Shown one piece after another: positions 54,685 to 63,947 of a stretch of DNA of 64,000 nt. The stretch is from a virus (Duplodnaviria; Heunggongvirae; Uroviricota; Caudoviricetes). The position numbers were made by a program, and so were the translations under genes. Location of the stretch: the IMG/VR virus record IMGVR_UViG_3300037852_000238; one strand, given 5' to 3'. Each line of letters begins with the position of its first letter. The first letter of the stretch is position 1. The notes under the pieces were generated by a model that was given only the letters and a program-made list of their open reading frames with translations, made no database searches and had not been told where the DNA came from.

Positions 54685-56069
54685 CAGAAGCCAACCTCCT
54701 CGGTGGGAACCACGCCGTCGAAGGGGCGGCGCAGGTCGCTGATCTTGAGTGCCTTGGCGGCACCAAGCAGAGTCGAGCCGCACTGGCCCTTGCCGTCGGT
54801 CGAGGTGTCGGCGCAGGAGAGGCAGCCTGATGGGGGGCAGGTGGAGAGTGGTTGGAAATGGTCGCCGATGCGGGTGAACCAGGGGACGCGACGCCCGTGA
54901 CACTGGTCGCTGGTGATGAACTCTGGGCCCATACTGATCCAGCGGCCGTCGTTCCTTTTGGTATATTCGTAGCAAAGCGAACTGGTTATTCCGACCTCTT
55001 TACACTTTTTGTAGTAACGGGCGTGCCCTTCGCGTCGGTACTCCTCAGAGACCGTGATCTGGTTGCCCGCCTGGTGCTCGACCATGAGATTACGAAAGAT
55101 TTGCATGCGGTTGCCGCCAAACTTTTCGACGAGCCGCTCAACCATGACTTTGGCTGAGCCATGGTTACTTTCCACAAACTTGAAGATCGCGTGGTGAACG
55201 CCGGCTGTGGCGAGGAGTTCGATCAACTCCTCGATGTCGTCGTGCGTGACGACGCCAGGGATCATGGGGTTCACTTGGATGCTTATGTAGATCCCGCGGC
55301 GGCGCGCCTCTCGGATCTGGTCAAAGTGGTCGGCGAGGCTAGCCGCTCCTGGCGAAAGCCTCCGCCAGTCATCCTCGTGTGGCGTGTTGATCGAGCGCTG
55401 CATATAGGAATACTTGTTCTTCGACAGAATGTCCATAGCCCAGTCGGGGTATAGCTTCCGCGAGAGGAAGAATACTGGGAGACCGGCCTCGGTGAACGCT
55501 TCGGCGGCGCCCTGAGAGTTGTGATACAACTCTTCGATGGACTGAAATGGATCAGTGAATGGGGTGATGTAGCCGGCTTGGGCGATCGTCATCTGCGCGA
55601 GATGCTTGCGGATAAAGCCGCCGTAGTTCAGAGGCACGGTCACGAGGCCCGTGTGGCGATAACCGTAAGGTGAGTTCAGGACGTAACAGAATGAAGTGCA
55701 GCCGACTCCACAGTAGCCGCCGTATGGCTCAAGCAGGATTGCGTCCGTCATGCAGGGCCGGTCGCGTTCCCCGCGGCGAGCGCTGTCGCCCTTGGAGGAG
55801 TACCATCCTTGAGGTGGCTTTGGATTAACGCCGCGAATGTGGGGTACGGGGTCGAGGTAGACGGTCGTCTCACGCATATTCTCGGGCTTTGCACCACGAA
55901 TGACCGCAACCCGCATCTCGCGCTGGCGCATCTCACGGCCGAGGAAAGGATCAAACTTGGTTTCTACGGGGCCGAGAGAATCCCGCGCCTCGGGGTCGTT
56001 ATGATAGAAGTACTGGTAGGCCTTCTTCTGAGCCTCTTCTTGGTCAATCCAGTCGGTCTCATTCTGCAT
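54684..56069 (-). CDS. radical SAM protein (SPL/DNA-repair-photolyase-like)
   Basis: Cys cluster GGYCGVGCTSFC; 461 aa. Confidence 0.65.
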   Translation of the reverse strand: MQNETDWIDQEEAQKKAYQYFYHNDPEARDSLGPVETKFDPFLGREMRQREMRVAVIRGAKPENMRETTVYLDPVPHIRGVNPKPPQGWYSSKGDSARRGERDRPCMTDAILLEPYGGYCGVGCTSFCYVLNSPYGYRHTGLVTVPLNYGGFIRKHLAQMTIAQAGYITPFTDPFQSIEELYHNSQGAAEAFTEAGLPVFFLSRKLYPDWAMDILSKNKYSYMQRSINTPHEDDWRRLSPGAASLADHFDQIREARRRGIYISIQVNPMIPGVVTHDDIEELIELLATAGVHHAIFKFVESNHGSAKVMVERLVEKFGGNRMQIFRNLMVEHQAGNQITVSEEYRREGHARYYKKCKEVGITSSLCYEYTKRNDGRWISMGPEFITSDQCHGRRVPWFTRIGDHFQPLSTCPPSGCLSCADTSTDGKGQCGSTLLGAAKALKISDLRRPFDGVVPTEEVGF

Positions 56070-56859
56070 GGCTTCTCTCCACTCGGCGTCTTTCGACCCA
56101 ACGGTAAAAACCCGCGCGCGCGGCTGCTACCTGTTCAGGTGAACGAAGCCTTCTACGGTGTTCAGGGCTTGTGGCTGCCTTCAGCAATCGCTCTAGGTTT
56201 TCGGGCGATCGCAGCGCCTCTTTCCTCTCCGGGGACCTCAGTCTACTGAGGTTTTCCTCGCTAGTCACCCACGCCAACTGAGCCTTTTTTCTAGACTCAG
56301 AGTGTCGGAGGGTCTCTCTTTGAGCCGCCGCTTCCGGGGTATCGTTGTACGCTGCGAGATTCGGAAGACGAGAGGGAGCCTCGTTTAAGCGCTCCAGATT
56401 TTCCGCTGACCTTAACCTCTCCAGCGTCTCTGGGGTCGTCATTCTGTCGGCGTGGCCGGCAAGTCTTTCTGGCGTCCACGCGGAACGCATTTTTTCTTTG
56501 GTCTTATCCGAGTGGTGCGTGCCAAGACGGAATCTTTTTCCTTTCATTCTTTGACGAGTAAGTTCGCGGTGTATATCTCTTAATCGTCTATATTTAAACC
56601 GCGACCGTCGTCCCATGTATCTTTTTGTTCCGAACATACAAATAGCCGCCACAGCCATCGCGCCGCCATAGATCTTGGCCAACAAAATATGAGCAAACAA
56701 ATGCTCTTCTGGAATTAACCTTATAATGTTAGACGGCTCGTTTCCACCACCAAAGTAACGCGGCACAATATGATGTCTCTCGAACCGCTCCAGCCCACCC
56801 TGCTTTCCAAGTCGATCGGCGATGAACTCACGATAGACGCGGGCATAATTCACGGTCAA
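56059..56859 (-). CDS. HNH homing endonuclease with NUMOD3-like repeats (low-GC insertion)
   Basis: HHIVPRYFGGGNEPSNIIRLIPEEHLFAH HNH motif; repeated short helical segments (K..RLRSPE..E.LR); TTG start; AT-rich 56450-56760. Confidence 0.7.
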   Translation of the reverse strand: MTVNYARVYREFIADRLGKQGGLERFERHHIVPRYFGGGNEPSNIIRLIPEEHLFAHILLAKIYGGAMAVAAICMFGTKRYMGRRSRFKYRRLRDIHRELTRQRMKGKRFRLGTHHSDKTKEKMRSAWTPERLAGHADRMTTPETLERLRSAENLERLNEAPSRLPNLAAYNDTPEAAAQRETLRHSESRKKAQLAWVTSEENLSRLRSPERKEALRSPENLERLLKAATSPEHRRRLRSPEQVAAARAGFYRWVERRRVERSHAE

Positions 56860-57020
56860 GCTTCCTTTTTGGTCATCTCGCGGATTATTTCGACGCCTTC
56901 CGCGCGATCGTCGACCGGAATAAGCATGCCATTGCCTACGACGTAGTAACCATCGCGACGGCGTTCTACTCTCAACGGACCATCAAGATTAAACTTGACG
57001 CCATCTGTAAATTCAACCAC
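56856..57020 (-). CDS. small hypothetical protein (54 aa, GTG start)
   Basis: Hand translation; RBS-like GGTGAGGGG adjacent; stop overlaps HNH start. Confidence 0.3.
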   Translation of the reverse strand: MVEFTDGVKFNLDGPLRVERRRDGYYVVGNGMLIPVDDRAEGVEIIREMTKKEA

Positions 57021-57023
57021 CCC

Positions 57024-57857
57024 TCACCCCACATTCCAAAAGAGCACATCCCCGGCACCGTACCACTCGCGGCCGTAACTCATCCACCAACGATAACATT
57101 TGAGATCGTAGTAGGAATTACACGGCCAAGGCGGCGTTGGTCCCGGCCGCGCCTCGTCCTTGTACTCGTAGCCCTCGTCAACGATCTCGACCTCCAAGCC
57201 GCCAAGCGACTCGCCCACCATCTTGTCGATATAGGTCCGGACCGCGCCGGCCGGCCGCGAGTAACCGAGATGGACGATTACGCGGAACACGCTCCGGTGC
57301 CGTAGGAAGCCGCGTATCACTCCGGCGGCGATCGTCCCAGAGCTCGCGCTTACCAGCACCGTATCCACGTCCGGCGGCAACGCCGTGCGCGCTACCTCGC
57401 GCGCGGTCTCGGCGACCGTCTCGGACAGCTTTAGAGCGTTCGGAAACATGTAGCCGCCGCGGCCGGCAATGTCGGCCTTGGCGCGATGATACAACACCGC
57501 CGAGCGCCCGGCGGGCAACACGTGAAGCTCGGCCCCGAGCCGCTCGGCCGCGGCCTGTTGCGGCTTGAGCCAAGGTTCCTCGTGCTTGCGAACTGGATAG
57601 TACAGATGACACCGCTTGCCGAGAAGCGCGCAGGCTCGCGCGACGGCCCATCCCCCCTGACTGTGCGCCGTGTCGAGCACCCCAATGACACTCTCCGGGC
57701 GAGCAAGGGCGTGCGCCCACACCCCACGGGTCTTAGAGAAATTAGGGCCGCCCGGACAAGACAGATCCTCGCGCTTGACCCAGAGCCCCAGCGCGGGGTG
57801 ATGTTCTAGGGAGGTGGAGGTCACGCACATCGGCGTGACCTCCGTGGTGTCGAGCAT
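57024..57857 (-). CDS. PLP-dependent enzyme of tryptophan-synthase-beta superfamily (ACC deaminase / D-cysteine desulfhydrase-like)
   Basis: Fold-type II PLP blocks (SxGGWAVARACALLG, Gly-rich SASSGTIAAG). Confidence 0.65.
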   Translation of the reverse strand: MLDTTEVTPMCVTSTSLEHHPALGLWVKREDLSCPGGPNFSKTRGVWAHALARPESVIGVLDTAHSQGGWAVARACALLGKRCHLYYPVRKHEEPWLKPQQAAAERLGAELHVLPAGRSAVLYHRAKADIAGRGGYMFPNALKLSETVAETAREVARTALPPDVDTVLVSASSGTIAAGVIRGFLRHRSVFRVIVHLGYSRPAGAVRTYIDKMVGESLGGLEVEIVDEGYEYKDEARPGPTPPWPCNSYYDLKCYRWWMSYGREWYGAGDVLFWNVG

Positions 57858-58418
57858 TTATGCGGCGGCGGCGGTCGAGCGGGCCGCGTCGATCTTGGCC
57901 TGGAGCTCGGCAATCTTGCGCTCACCGGCGTCATATTTCTCGAACGACGACGTGTGCTCCTTGGCCTTCAAGCCGAGGTTGATCGCCTCGCGGGCAACCG
58001 CGTTGTAGCGGTCCATCTGCTCGCGACCGCTGGTGCGGCCTTCGACGGGCTTGCGGCCGCGTTTGGCAGGCTCCGTCGCATTGATCTGCTCTTCCGACAT
58101 CTTACTCTCCTTCGCGATTGTGGCAACAACCGGCAACACCGCCATAAGCCGCTTCGCACCGACCTTCCTGTCGGCAAACTTCTTGACCCCGCTGTTAGTA
58201 AGCCCGTTGAACACCGCGAGCAGCGGCCCGAGCGCGCGGGCGTCCTCCTCGGTCTCGACGACGTAGGAGCAGCCGCCAGCGTGGTGGCCGGTCGGGACGC
58301 CGACGTGGTAGGGCGAGCCGGGCCGAGCGGCGGCGAGAGCGGCGGCGCGGTCCGGAAACTGGGTAGCAGCGAGCCGGTCGCTGGGGTCGATGCCGTAGGC
58401 GATCAGGTAGGCGGTCAT
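57858..58418 (-). CDS. hypothetical protein (186 aa)
   Basis: First gene downstream of motif copy 3. Confidence 0.45.
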   Translation of the reverse strand: MTAYLIAYGIDPSDRLAATQFPDRAAALAAARPGSPYHVGVPTGHHAGGCSYVVETEEDARALGPLLAVFNGLTNSGVKKFADRKVGAKRLMAVLPVVATIAKESKMSEEQINATEPAKRGRKPVEGRTSGREQMDRYNAVAREAINLGLKAKEHTSSFEKYDAGERKIAELQAKIDAARSTAAAA

Positions 58419-58458
58419 CGTCTTTCTCCCTCTAGGGTCGGTCCAATCCGACGGGAGC

Positions 58459-58492
58459 TAACTTACGCGCTTTCATCAGCGAGGTAAATAGC
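58459..58492 (-). promoter_or_regulatory. copy 3 of 34-nt two-box motif
   Basis: TAACTTACGCGC-N13-GTAAATAGC. Confidence 0.55.
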
Positions 58493-58581
58493 AAAGATGG
58501 GCGTCGCCCCGAATTTTTCCACCGCATCGGGGCCACCGCGGCTTGGACGGCGCGACGCTGAGGGGGCGCCGCGCTGCTGGA

Positions 58582-59565
58582 TCAGAACGGCACTTCGTCG
58601 TCGGTCTTGGCGGCCGAGTCGTAGTCCGCCTTAACCTGGCCGGCGCGGTACTCAGTGCGGAACTGGCGCGCCAGTTCGTAGAGCGAGTCGGTACGCTTGA
58701 CCATGCTCGGCACTGGCCCGGCGGGGTCGGCCAGCTTCAAGTCGTAATTAAAGAACGTACCTTTCTTATTGGTCTGACTGACCGTGCGGAGCCGCCAGCG
58801 GTAGGCGTAGGGCTGCAGCGCGGTGGGCGGTTTGCCCTTCTCCAGCTCGTAGCGCCACGAGGTGTGACGGGTCCACCAGCCCTGGTAGACCGGCAGCTGG
58901 GTCGACGTGAACGCGACGATGACGCGCTGGGCGTTAGCCGCCGTCAGGGTCGGCGCGCCGTACAGCGCGTAAACCTGGCCGGTCTCGACCAACTCGACCT
59001 CCTCACCCGTATCGGCCAGCGTCGGCGCGTCGTCGGTCCACCGCCCGTCGCGCTTGCGCGGGAAGCGGAAGCGCCCGCTCTGGCCGTACTTCTTGACCAT
59101 CCGCGCCTTGGTTTCCTCGACCAGCGGGTCGTCCGGCGAAAAGATGCCGCGGAAACCGCCACCCTCGTCGCGCGGGATCCACGCCCCGTAGTGATAATCC
59201 TTGGCACAGATCACCAGCTCGACACCCTCGCCGTTCGGCGGTACCGCGCGGTACAGTTCCTGGGTCGCCGTATTATAGAGCATCCCCGGCCGCGCCGCCT
59301 CCAGCCAGGCCGGCTCGCCCTCGACGCACTGAGGCGAGAGCGCCTGCAGGATGCGGAGGAACGGAGTGACCTGCTCCTCGATACGCGAACTCTCGTCCGC
59401 GTCGAGCGCGTCGCCCTCGACGACGGCGAGCGCGGTGCCGGGCTCCTCCCTCTCGGGGCTTAGTCGCGGAATCGCGCGCTCGGGGGCGGCGACCTTGTGG
59501 TCGACGGTGTGGTCCACCACCGCGGCGCCGCGCGGGGCGTCTTCAAAGCCAACATCTGAGGTCAT
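58582..59565 (-). CDS. hypothetical protein (327 aa)
   Basis: CAGGAG RBS; protein-like. Confidence 0.5.
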   Translation of the reverse strand: MTSDVGFEDAPRGAAVVDHTVDHKVAAPERAIPRLSPEREEPGTALAVVEGDALDADESSRIEEQVTPFLRILQALSPQCVEGEPAWLEAARPGMLYNTATQELYRAVPPNGEGVELVICAKDYHYGAWIPRDEGGGFRGIFSPDDPLVEETKARMVKKYGQSGRFRFPRKRDGRWTDDAPTLADTGEEVELVETGQVYALYGAPTLTAANAQRVIVAFTSTQLPVYQGWWTRHTSWRYELEKGKPPTALQPYAYRWRLRTVSQTNKKGTFFNYDLKLADPAGPVPSMVKRTDSLYELARQFRTEYRAGQVKADYDSAAKTDDEVPF

Positions 59566-59745
59566 GGGTTCTCCTGGGTTTATGCTTCGGGATCTGGCTC
59601 GTCGGTTACATAGATACGGTTCTCGCCGGGGATGAACCGGCGAACCTCGTAGGTATTACCCACATGGCCGCCGTATCTCCGGTGGATGTAAGTAAACACC
59701 TCGCATTCTCCGTCAGGATCGGCATCTCGATCAATTCGTGAGTTT

Positions 59746-60378
59746 TTACTCGTCCTCCCCCAACAACCCCTTAAGCTCTACCTTCCGCGGCTGGCGTGAG
59801 CCGACCTGCGCGTAGACCGTGCGGTTTACCTTGAGGGTCGCCAGCTCGTCGGGGTCGACGATGTGCCGCTCCGAGGCCAATGCGCCGGACTTGCCCTGGT
59901 GGCAGTAGCGCTCCAGGGTACAACGCTTAAACGAGTTCGCCGCCGGGTCGGCGCGGACGGTCTCGTAAATCCGCCGGGCGGCCTCCATATCGCCGGCCGG
60001 CAGCTCCACGGTGACGACGGTCGAGATCAGCTCCTCGGCGCCGTGCGCCGAGAGCCAATCTAGGCCGGCCGCGTCGCGCTCCTCCGTCAGCTTGCCCGAA
60101 GAATACGAGTCGAGCAGGCGGAGTTGCCGCCCGGCGATCGTGATCTTGCTCGGCGCGGCGTAGCCGGAAGCGGCCAGCGCGCGCGGTAGGTCCACCTCGG
60201 CCGTCTGGCGGCGCGCCGCTAACGCGGCGCGCAGCGCGGTGGTAGCGGCGATTACTTCCTGGGTCTGTTCCTCCAGGCGGCTGGCGAGGGTAGCGACAGA
60301 CGCCAAGTCCGCGTCCGTGGGCGCGTCAAGCGCGTCGAGGCCGTCTTCGGCGACGGGCTCGACGCTTAAATCAACCAC
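59746..60378 (-). CDS. hypothetical protein (210 aa, coiled-coil-rich N-terminus)
   Basis: Protein-like. Confidence 0.45.
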   Translation of the reverse strand: MVDLSVEPVAEDGLDALDAPTDADLASVATLASRLEEQTQEVIAATTALRAALAARRQTAEVDLPRALAASGYAAPSKITIAGRQLRLLDSYSSGKLTEERDAAGLDWLSAHGAEELISTVVTVELPAGDMEAARRIYETVRADPAANSFKRCTLERYCHQGKSGALASERHIVDPDELATLKVNRTVYAQVGSRQPRKVELKGLLGEDE

Positions 60379-60703
60379 CGACCTTCTCCAACTCGTCCGC
60401 GACCATCGCGGGGGTTACGTTACTGATATAGCGGCCATACGGATTTCCGACGGCGTAGAACACTCTATCGGCGTCCTCCTCCGTGATCCCGAAGAACCTG
60501 GCAACCCGCTCCTCGGGGGTGACGTCGGCGTCGATGCTCCGCGGCCAGAGGATCTGCGCCAGGCCGAGCGCGCAGCCGACCGTGCCGCACCCGCGCTTCT
60601 CATAGACCGTACCGAAGTCCCACTCGAACCGCGCGGGCAGCGGCGCTCGAAGCGCGGCGACCAGGCGGGCGCGGCGCTCGGCCGGGGTGGTTCGTTTGGT
60701 CAT
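60371..60703 (-). CDS. paralog 3 of small TPxMVAxAL-family protein
   Basis: ATG with GGAGG RBS; ALRAPLPARFEWDF…FFGI…FYAV…VTPAMVADEL. Confidence 0.5.
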   Translation of the reverse strand: MTKRTTPAERRARLVAALRAPLPARFEWDFGTVYEKRGCGTVGCALGLAQILWPRSIDADVTPEERVARFFGITEEDADRVFYAVGNPYGRYISNVTPAMVADELEKVGG

Positions 60704-60867
60704 GGTTTTGCCTCCGCGAGATGTTGTTTGCGCTCCGCCAACCAACGCTCGAACTCGGCAGTCCTCCGGAGGAACATCGAAAATCTGCTTTAGCCCGACG
60801 AGGGCCTCGCTGTCCGACCATCCCGCGTCAAAGGTTCCACCACAGCTCTCGCAAAAGTAAATGTTGC

Positions 60868-61092
60868 TCACCGCAGCGCCTCCGGCTCGCCAAACTCCAG
60901 ATCGATGCCAGAGACCTCGAACTCCTGCGAAATGCCGTCGTCCCGGCTCCAGACGCCCGTGACGTAGCCCCGTATAACAACGGGCACGCGAACCTTCTCG
61001 GGCTTCTCAAGGAGCTTCCGCAGCTTAGCACGGCCTCGCTTAACGTCGAGGAGGGTGAAGGTGCTCTTGAACGTGCTGAGCGTAGCATTCAT
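60868..61092 (-). CDS. hypothetical protein (74 aa)
   Basis: ATG with GGAGG RBS; ATGA coupling. Confidence 0.4.
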   Translation of the reverse strand: MNATLSTFKSTFTLLDVKRGRAKLRKLLEKPEKVRVPVVIRGYVTGVWSRDDGISQEFEVSGIDLEFGEPEALR

Positions 61093-61286
61093 CGTTTTTC
61101 CTCCGGCGATAGCCACTCCAGGTCCTTCCGCGCCGTCGCCTTGCTATTGAAGTCACTGCCGTATCGCACAAAGATGGAGTGAGCATTAATCGAGGTAATG
61201 ACACCCTGCTCAAGCTTACCGCCCGGATAGCGGTTGCCGGTGTAGACCACGCTGCGGCCGATATCCTCGTCGATGGGTTCTATCAT
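61089..61286 (-). CDS. hypothetical protein (65 aa)
   Basis: GGAG RBS; downstream of motif copy 4. Confidence 0.4.
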   Translation of the reverse strand: MIEPIDEDIGRSVVYTGNRYPGGKLEQGVITSINAHSIFVRYGSDFNSKATARKDLEWLSPEEKR

Positions 61287-61484
61287 CTCTCCTTCAACCT
61301 CCGCCGGACTTCGTCGAACGACAGCACTCGCACCGGCCGCGCGCGGCGCGCTGGCGCTGGATCGAGGAGTGGTGGCGCATGCGGCCGGACATCGTTACCC
61401 TCCGCGGTGGCGGGGCGTTACCCCGCCTGGCCGCATGGTAGCCTCCGTAGGGACCTATCTGTACCCTTCAAGGTCGAACCCGAT

Positions 61485-61518
61485 TAGCTTACGCGCGAGG
61501 GCGGCGGAAGTAAATAAT
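61485..61518 (-). promoter_or_regulatory. copy 4 of 34-nt two-box motif (TAGCTTACGCGC-N13-GTAAATAAT)
   Basis: Same spacing and orientation. Confidence 0.5.
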
Positions 61519-61523
61519 AAAAG

Positions 61524-61754
61524 TTACGCCGACGCGCGTTCGTTTAAATTATTGATTACGGTCATTGCCATCTCGTAGGATTCATACGTCTGCCCGGCAT
61601 CTGCCGCTGACTCAATGACTTCCCATTTAACCTTTGGAATACGCGACCACCACTTTCTATAAGCAGTTCCGAGTCGCAAGCGACCGTCGCCGCCGATTTG
61701 AAGTAATCGAACCTCCTCACCGCCTTGGAAATAGACTAAACCGTAAAGGATCAT
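61524..61754 (-). CDS. hypothetical protein (76 aa), lower GC
   Basis: ORF. Confidence 0.35.
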   Translation of the reverse strand: MILYGLVYFQGGEEVRLLQIGGDGRLRLGTAYRKWWSRIPKVKWEVIESAADAGQTYESYEMAMTVINNLNERASA

Positions 61755-62082
61755 TGTTCTTCCTTCTCACTAAGTCCTAACACGACGTACCCCGGCTCGA
61801 TCCCGAGCTGGCCGCCGGTCAGCACGTAGGTGATCCGGCGGCGGAGGTCGTAATACGTGGGATCCATCGTAACGTAACGGCTACCGATGCGATCTCCAGT
61901 AAGGGCGACGCCACCAAGGGTCTTTAAGTCAAAATCATACGGCGGCTCGGCTAACGCCCTTCGCAACACTAGCATATCGCCCTTCTGGAAGCCGCGGTCG
62001 TCGCGACGGACCTCGAAGGTCTTGTCGCCGCGCTCGACGGCGTACCAATGCGGGGCGAGGGTCTTAAGGACGTGTTCGGTCA
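61751..62082 (-). CDS. DUF3850 / ASCH-like domain protein (GTG start)
   Basis: GDKTFEVRRDDRGFQKGDMLVLRRA block. Confidence 0.4.
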
Positions 62083-62349
62083 CAACAACCCTCCGTAGTA
62101 CTCTTCCCACCGCTCGTCCCAGTACGCGTCGTTCTCGGCGCGACAGGGCGGACAGAGCGTCACCATGTTCGGATCGTCCGCGTCGCCCGGCCCGCCGTCG
62201 TACCGGTACATGGTACGTTGATGATAGCGGATGACGCCGGAGGTCGCGCCGCAGGCCTGGCACCCGCGGCCCCCCTCGCGCGCGATCTCGGCGCGGCGGG
62301 CGCGGAGCGCGGGGAGGTCGTCCAGGACGCTGGGCCGGGTCACAGCCAT
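62080..62349 (-). CDS. small HNH/zinc-finger-like protein
   Basis: CQAC … VTLCPPCRAEND. Confidence 0.4.
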   Translation of the reverse strand: MAVTRPSVLDDLPALRARRAEIAREGGRGCQACGATSGVIRYHQRTMYRYDGGPGDADDPNMVTLCPPCRAENDAYWDERWEEYYGGLL

Positions 62350-63947
62350 TTCGAGGCGGGGTCCCCCTGTATGAGTTCCGCCACCGACCGCTTGGCGCGC
62401 AGCGCGTTGATCACGTCAACATCTCTTGTATCAGCGGCAACAATGTCAACGATGCCCGTTGAGAACGTCCGGTCTAAGCTCTCCGCCCGGTCCTCATCCT
62501 GCAGCCGGTCGCGCAGCTTGAACGAGTTGGAGTAGAAGATCAGCGTCTCGGCGCGCGTCAAGTCGTGCCCGCGCGAGAGGCCCGAGGAACCCGTCGCGAC
62601 GATCGTGTCCACCTCGCCGGCCTTAAACGCCAGGTAATTCGCCTCGCACGTCGCGTTGGGCAGCGAGCCGTCGTAGCGGAGAGCAGTGCGGCCGAGCGCG
62701 CGGACCCGCTCCAGCGCGTCGGTCACGTCCTGCCGGTAGCAGCACCACACGACCGCCGGACCGCGGCTAGCGCGCAGCTCCTGCTCCATCGCGTCAAGGG
62801 CGGGTGAGGTCTTGTCGATCCGCTCCAGCTCGGTCCACGCGACGGCGATGCCGATCCCCTCGCAGGTCGGACAGTCCTCGCCGAGCAACGCGCCGGAGCC
62901 GGCGCAGGTCGGGCAGGTCTTGCCCTGCCGCTCGGGTGGGTAGTAGTTGCGCGCAGCCATCTGCAGCCGGCACATGCGCCGGAGCACCTCGCCGACCGTG
63001 ACCTCGCCGCGGCTTAGCTCGGCGACATATTCATCTCGCAGCCGGTCGTAGACCGCGCGCTGGCGCGGGGTTAACTCGAAATAGCGAAATTGATACGTGG
63101 GCTCGGGCGCGTTCGACACGTCGCGTCGCCGTACCCGATCGCCGAACCGCGCTAAACGGCGCTCCAAGTGATCCAGGTTGCGGTAGCCCTGGACGATGTC
63201 ATACTCCTGCGGTTTCCACTCACCGTCGACGATCTTGCCCTGTCGATAATTCGTCCCCTTGACGCGGCGCGTGATCTCCACGCCGTCGACCTCGACCGTC
63301 TCCTCCTCGTAGGCGGTGTAGAACTCCTTGAAGATAGCCTTGTCGCGGAAGCCGAGCAGGCCAGGGAGCAGGAAGTTCGTCGGGTGATATAAATCATTCG
63401 GGCCTTCTGCTGCCGGCGTCCCGTCGAGGATCGCGCGAAACACGGCCGGGCGGCGGCCAAGAGCTAAAAAACGCTGAGTACGGGCGCTCCAGTTTGCGGC
63501 GAACGACGCTTCATCACCGACGATTGCCGCGCGGCGCTTGGCAAGAAACTTCTCAATATATTTCCAACCGCGATCGGTCGTTAATGTATCACAGTGAACT
63601 GAGAGAACCGCGAGGCCATTGAACACCAATAGTTCGGCGGCCTTCTCCTTAAACCATTTGGTTCCAGCCTTGCCTGTCTCCCAAACGAGGACTGTCGATG
63701 GAATATTAGCGGGGATGTCCTTTTCCGCTTCATCTCTCCAGACGCGATTCACTCCGTTGGGAGCCGACACAATAAGTAAAGCGTTAAGTTGATTAAGTAA
63801 ATAACGGTAACAAGTAATATCATATACGACCTTTGTCTTGCGCACTCTCTGTTCCCAGAATAATGCCCAATATTGCTCGTCCTTGAAACGCTCGAACGCG
63901 CGCGCCTGGTGCGGCATCATCGGGCGGCCGGGGGTGAAGGTGGTCAT
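62340..63947 (-). CDS. SNF2/DEAD-like superfamily-2 helicase
   Basis: Motif II VGDEASF; helicase C-terminal blocks; internal CxxC pairs (zinc insert). Confidence 0.75.
   Translation of the reverse strand: MTTFTPGRPMMPHQARAFERFKDEQYWALFWEQRVRKTKVVYDITCYRYLLNQLNALLIVSAPNGVNRVWRDEAEKDIPANIPSTVLVWETGKAGTKWFKEKAAELLVFNGLAVLSVHCDTLTTDRGWKYIEKFLAKRRAAIVGDEASFAANWSARTQRFLALGRRPAVFRAILDGTPAAEGPNDLYHPTNFLLPGLLGFRDKAIFKEFYTAYEEETVEVDGVEITRRVKGTNYRQGKIVDGEWKPQEYDIVQGYRNLDHLERRLARFGDRVRRRDVSNAPEPTYQFRYFELTPRQRAVYDRLRDEYVAELSRGEVTVGEVLRRMCRLQMAARNYYPPERQGKTCPTCAGSGALLGEDCPTCEGIGIAVAWTELERIDKTSPALDAMEQELRASRGPAVVWCCYRQDVTDALERVRALGRTALRYDGSLPNATCEANYLAFKAGEVDTIVATGSSGLSRGHDLTRAETLIFYSNSFKLRDRLQDEDRAESLDRTFSTGIVDIVAADTRDVDVINALRAKRSVAELIQGDPASKWL

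Noticed and set aside
58543-59463. 306-aa ORF on + strand
   Set aside because: Lies opposite the protein-like 58582..59565 minus gene; translation is Arg/Leu/Ala/Gly-rich shadow
59580-59689. 36-aa GTG-initiated minus ORF between genes
   Set aside because: Too short; no RBS or conservation evidence
61411-61429. GGCGGGG-taacg-CCCCGCC 7-bp hairpin in the 200-nt gap upstream of gene 61089..61286
   Set aside because: No T-run on either strand; such GC hairpins occur by chance at this GC content
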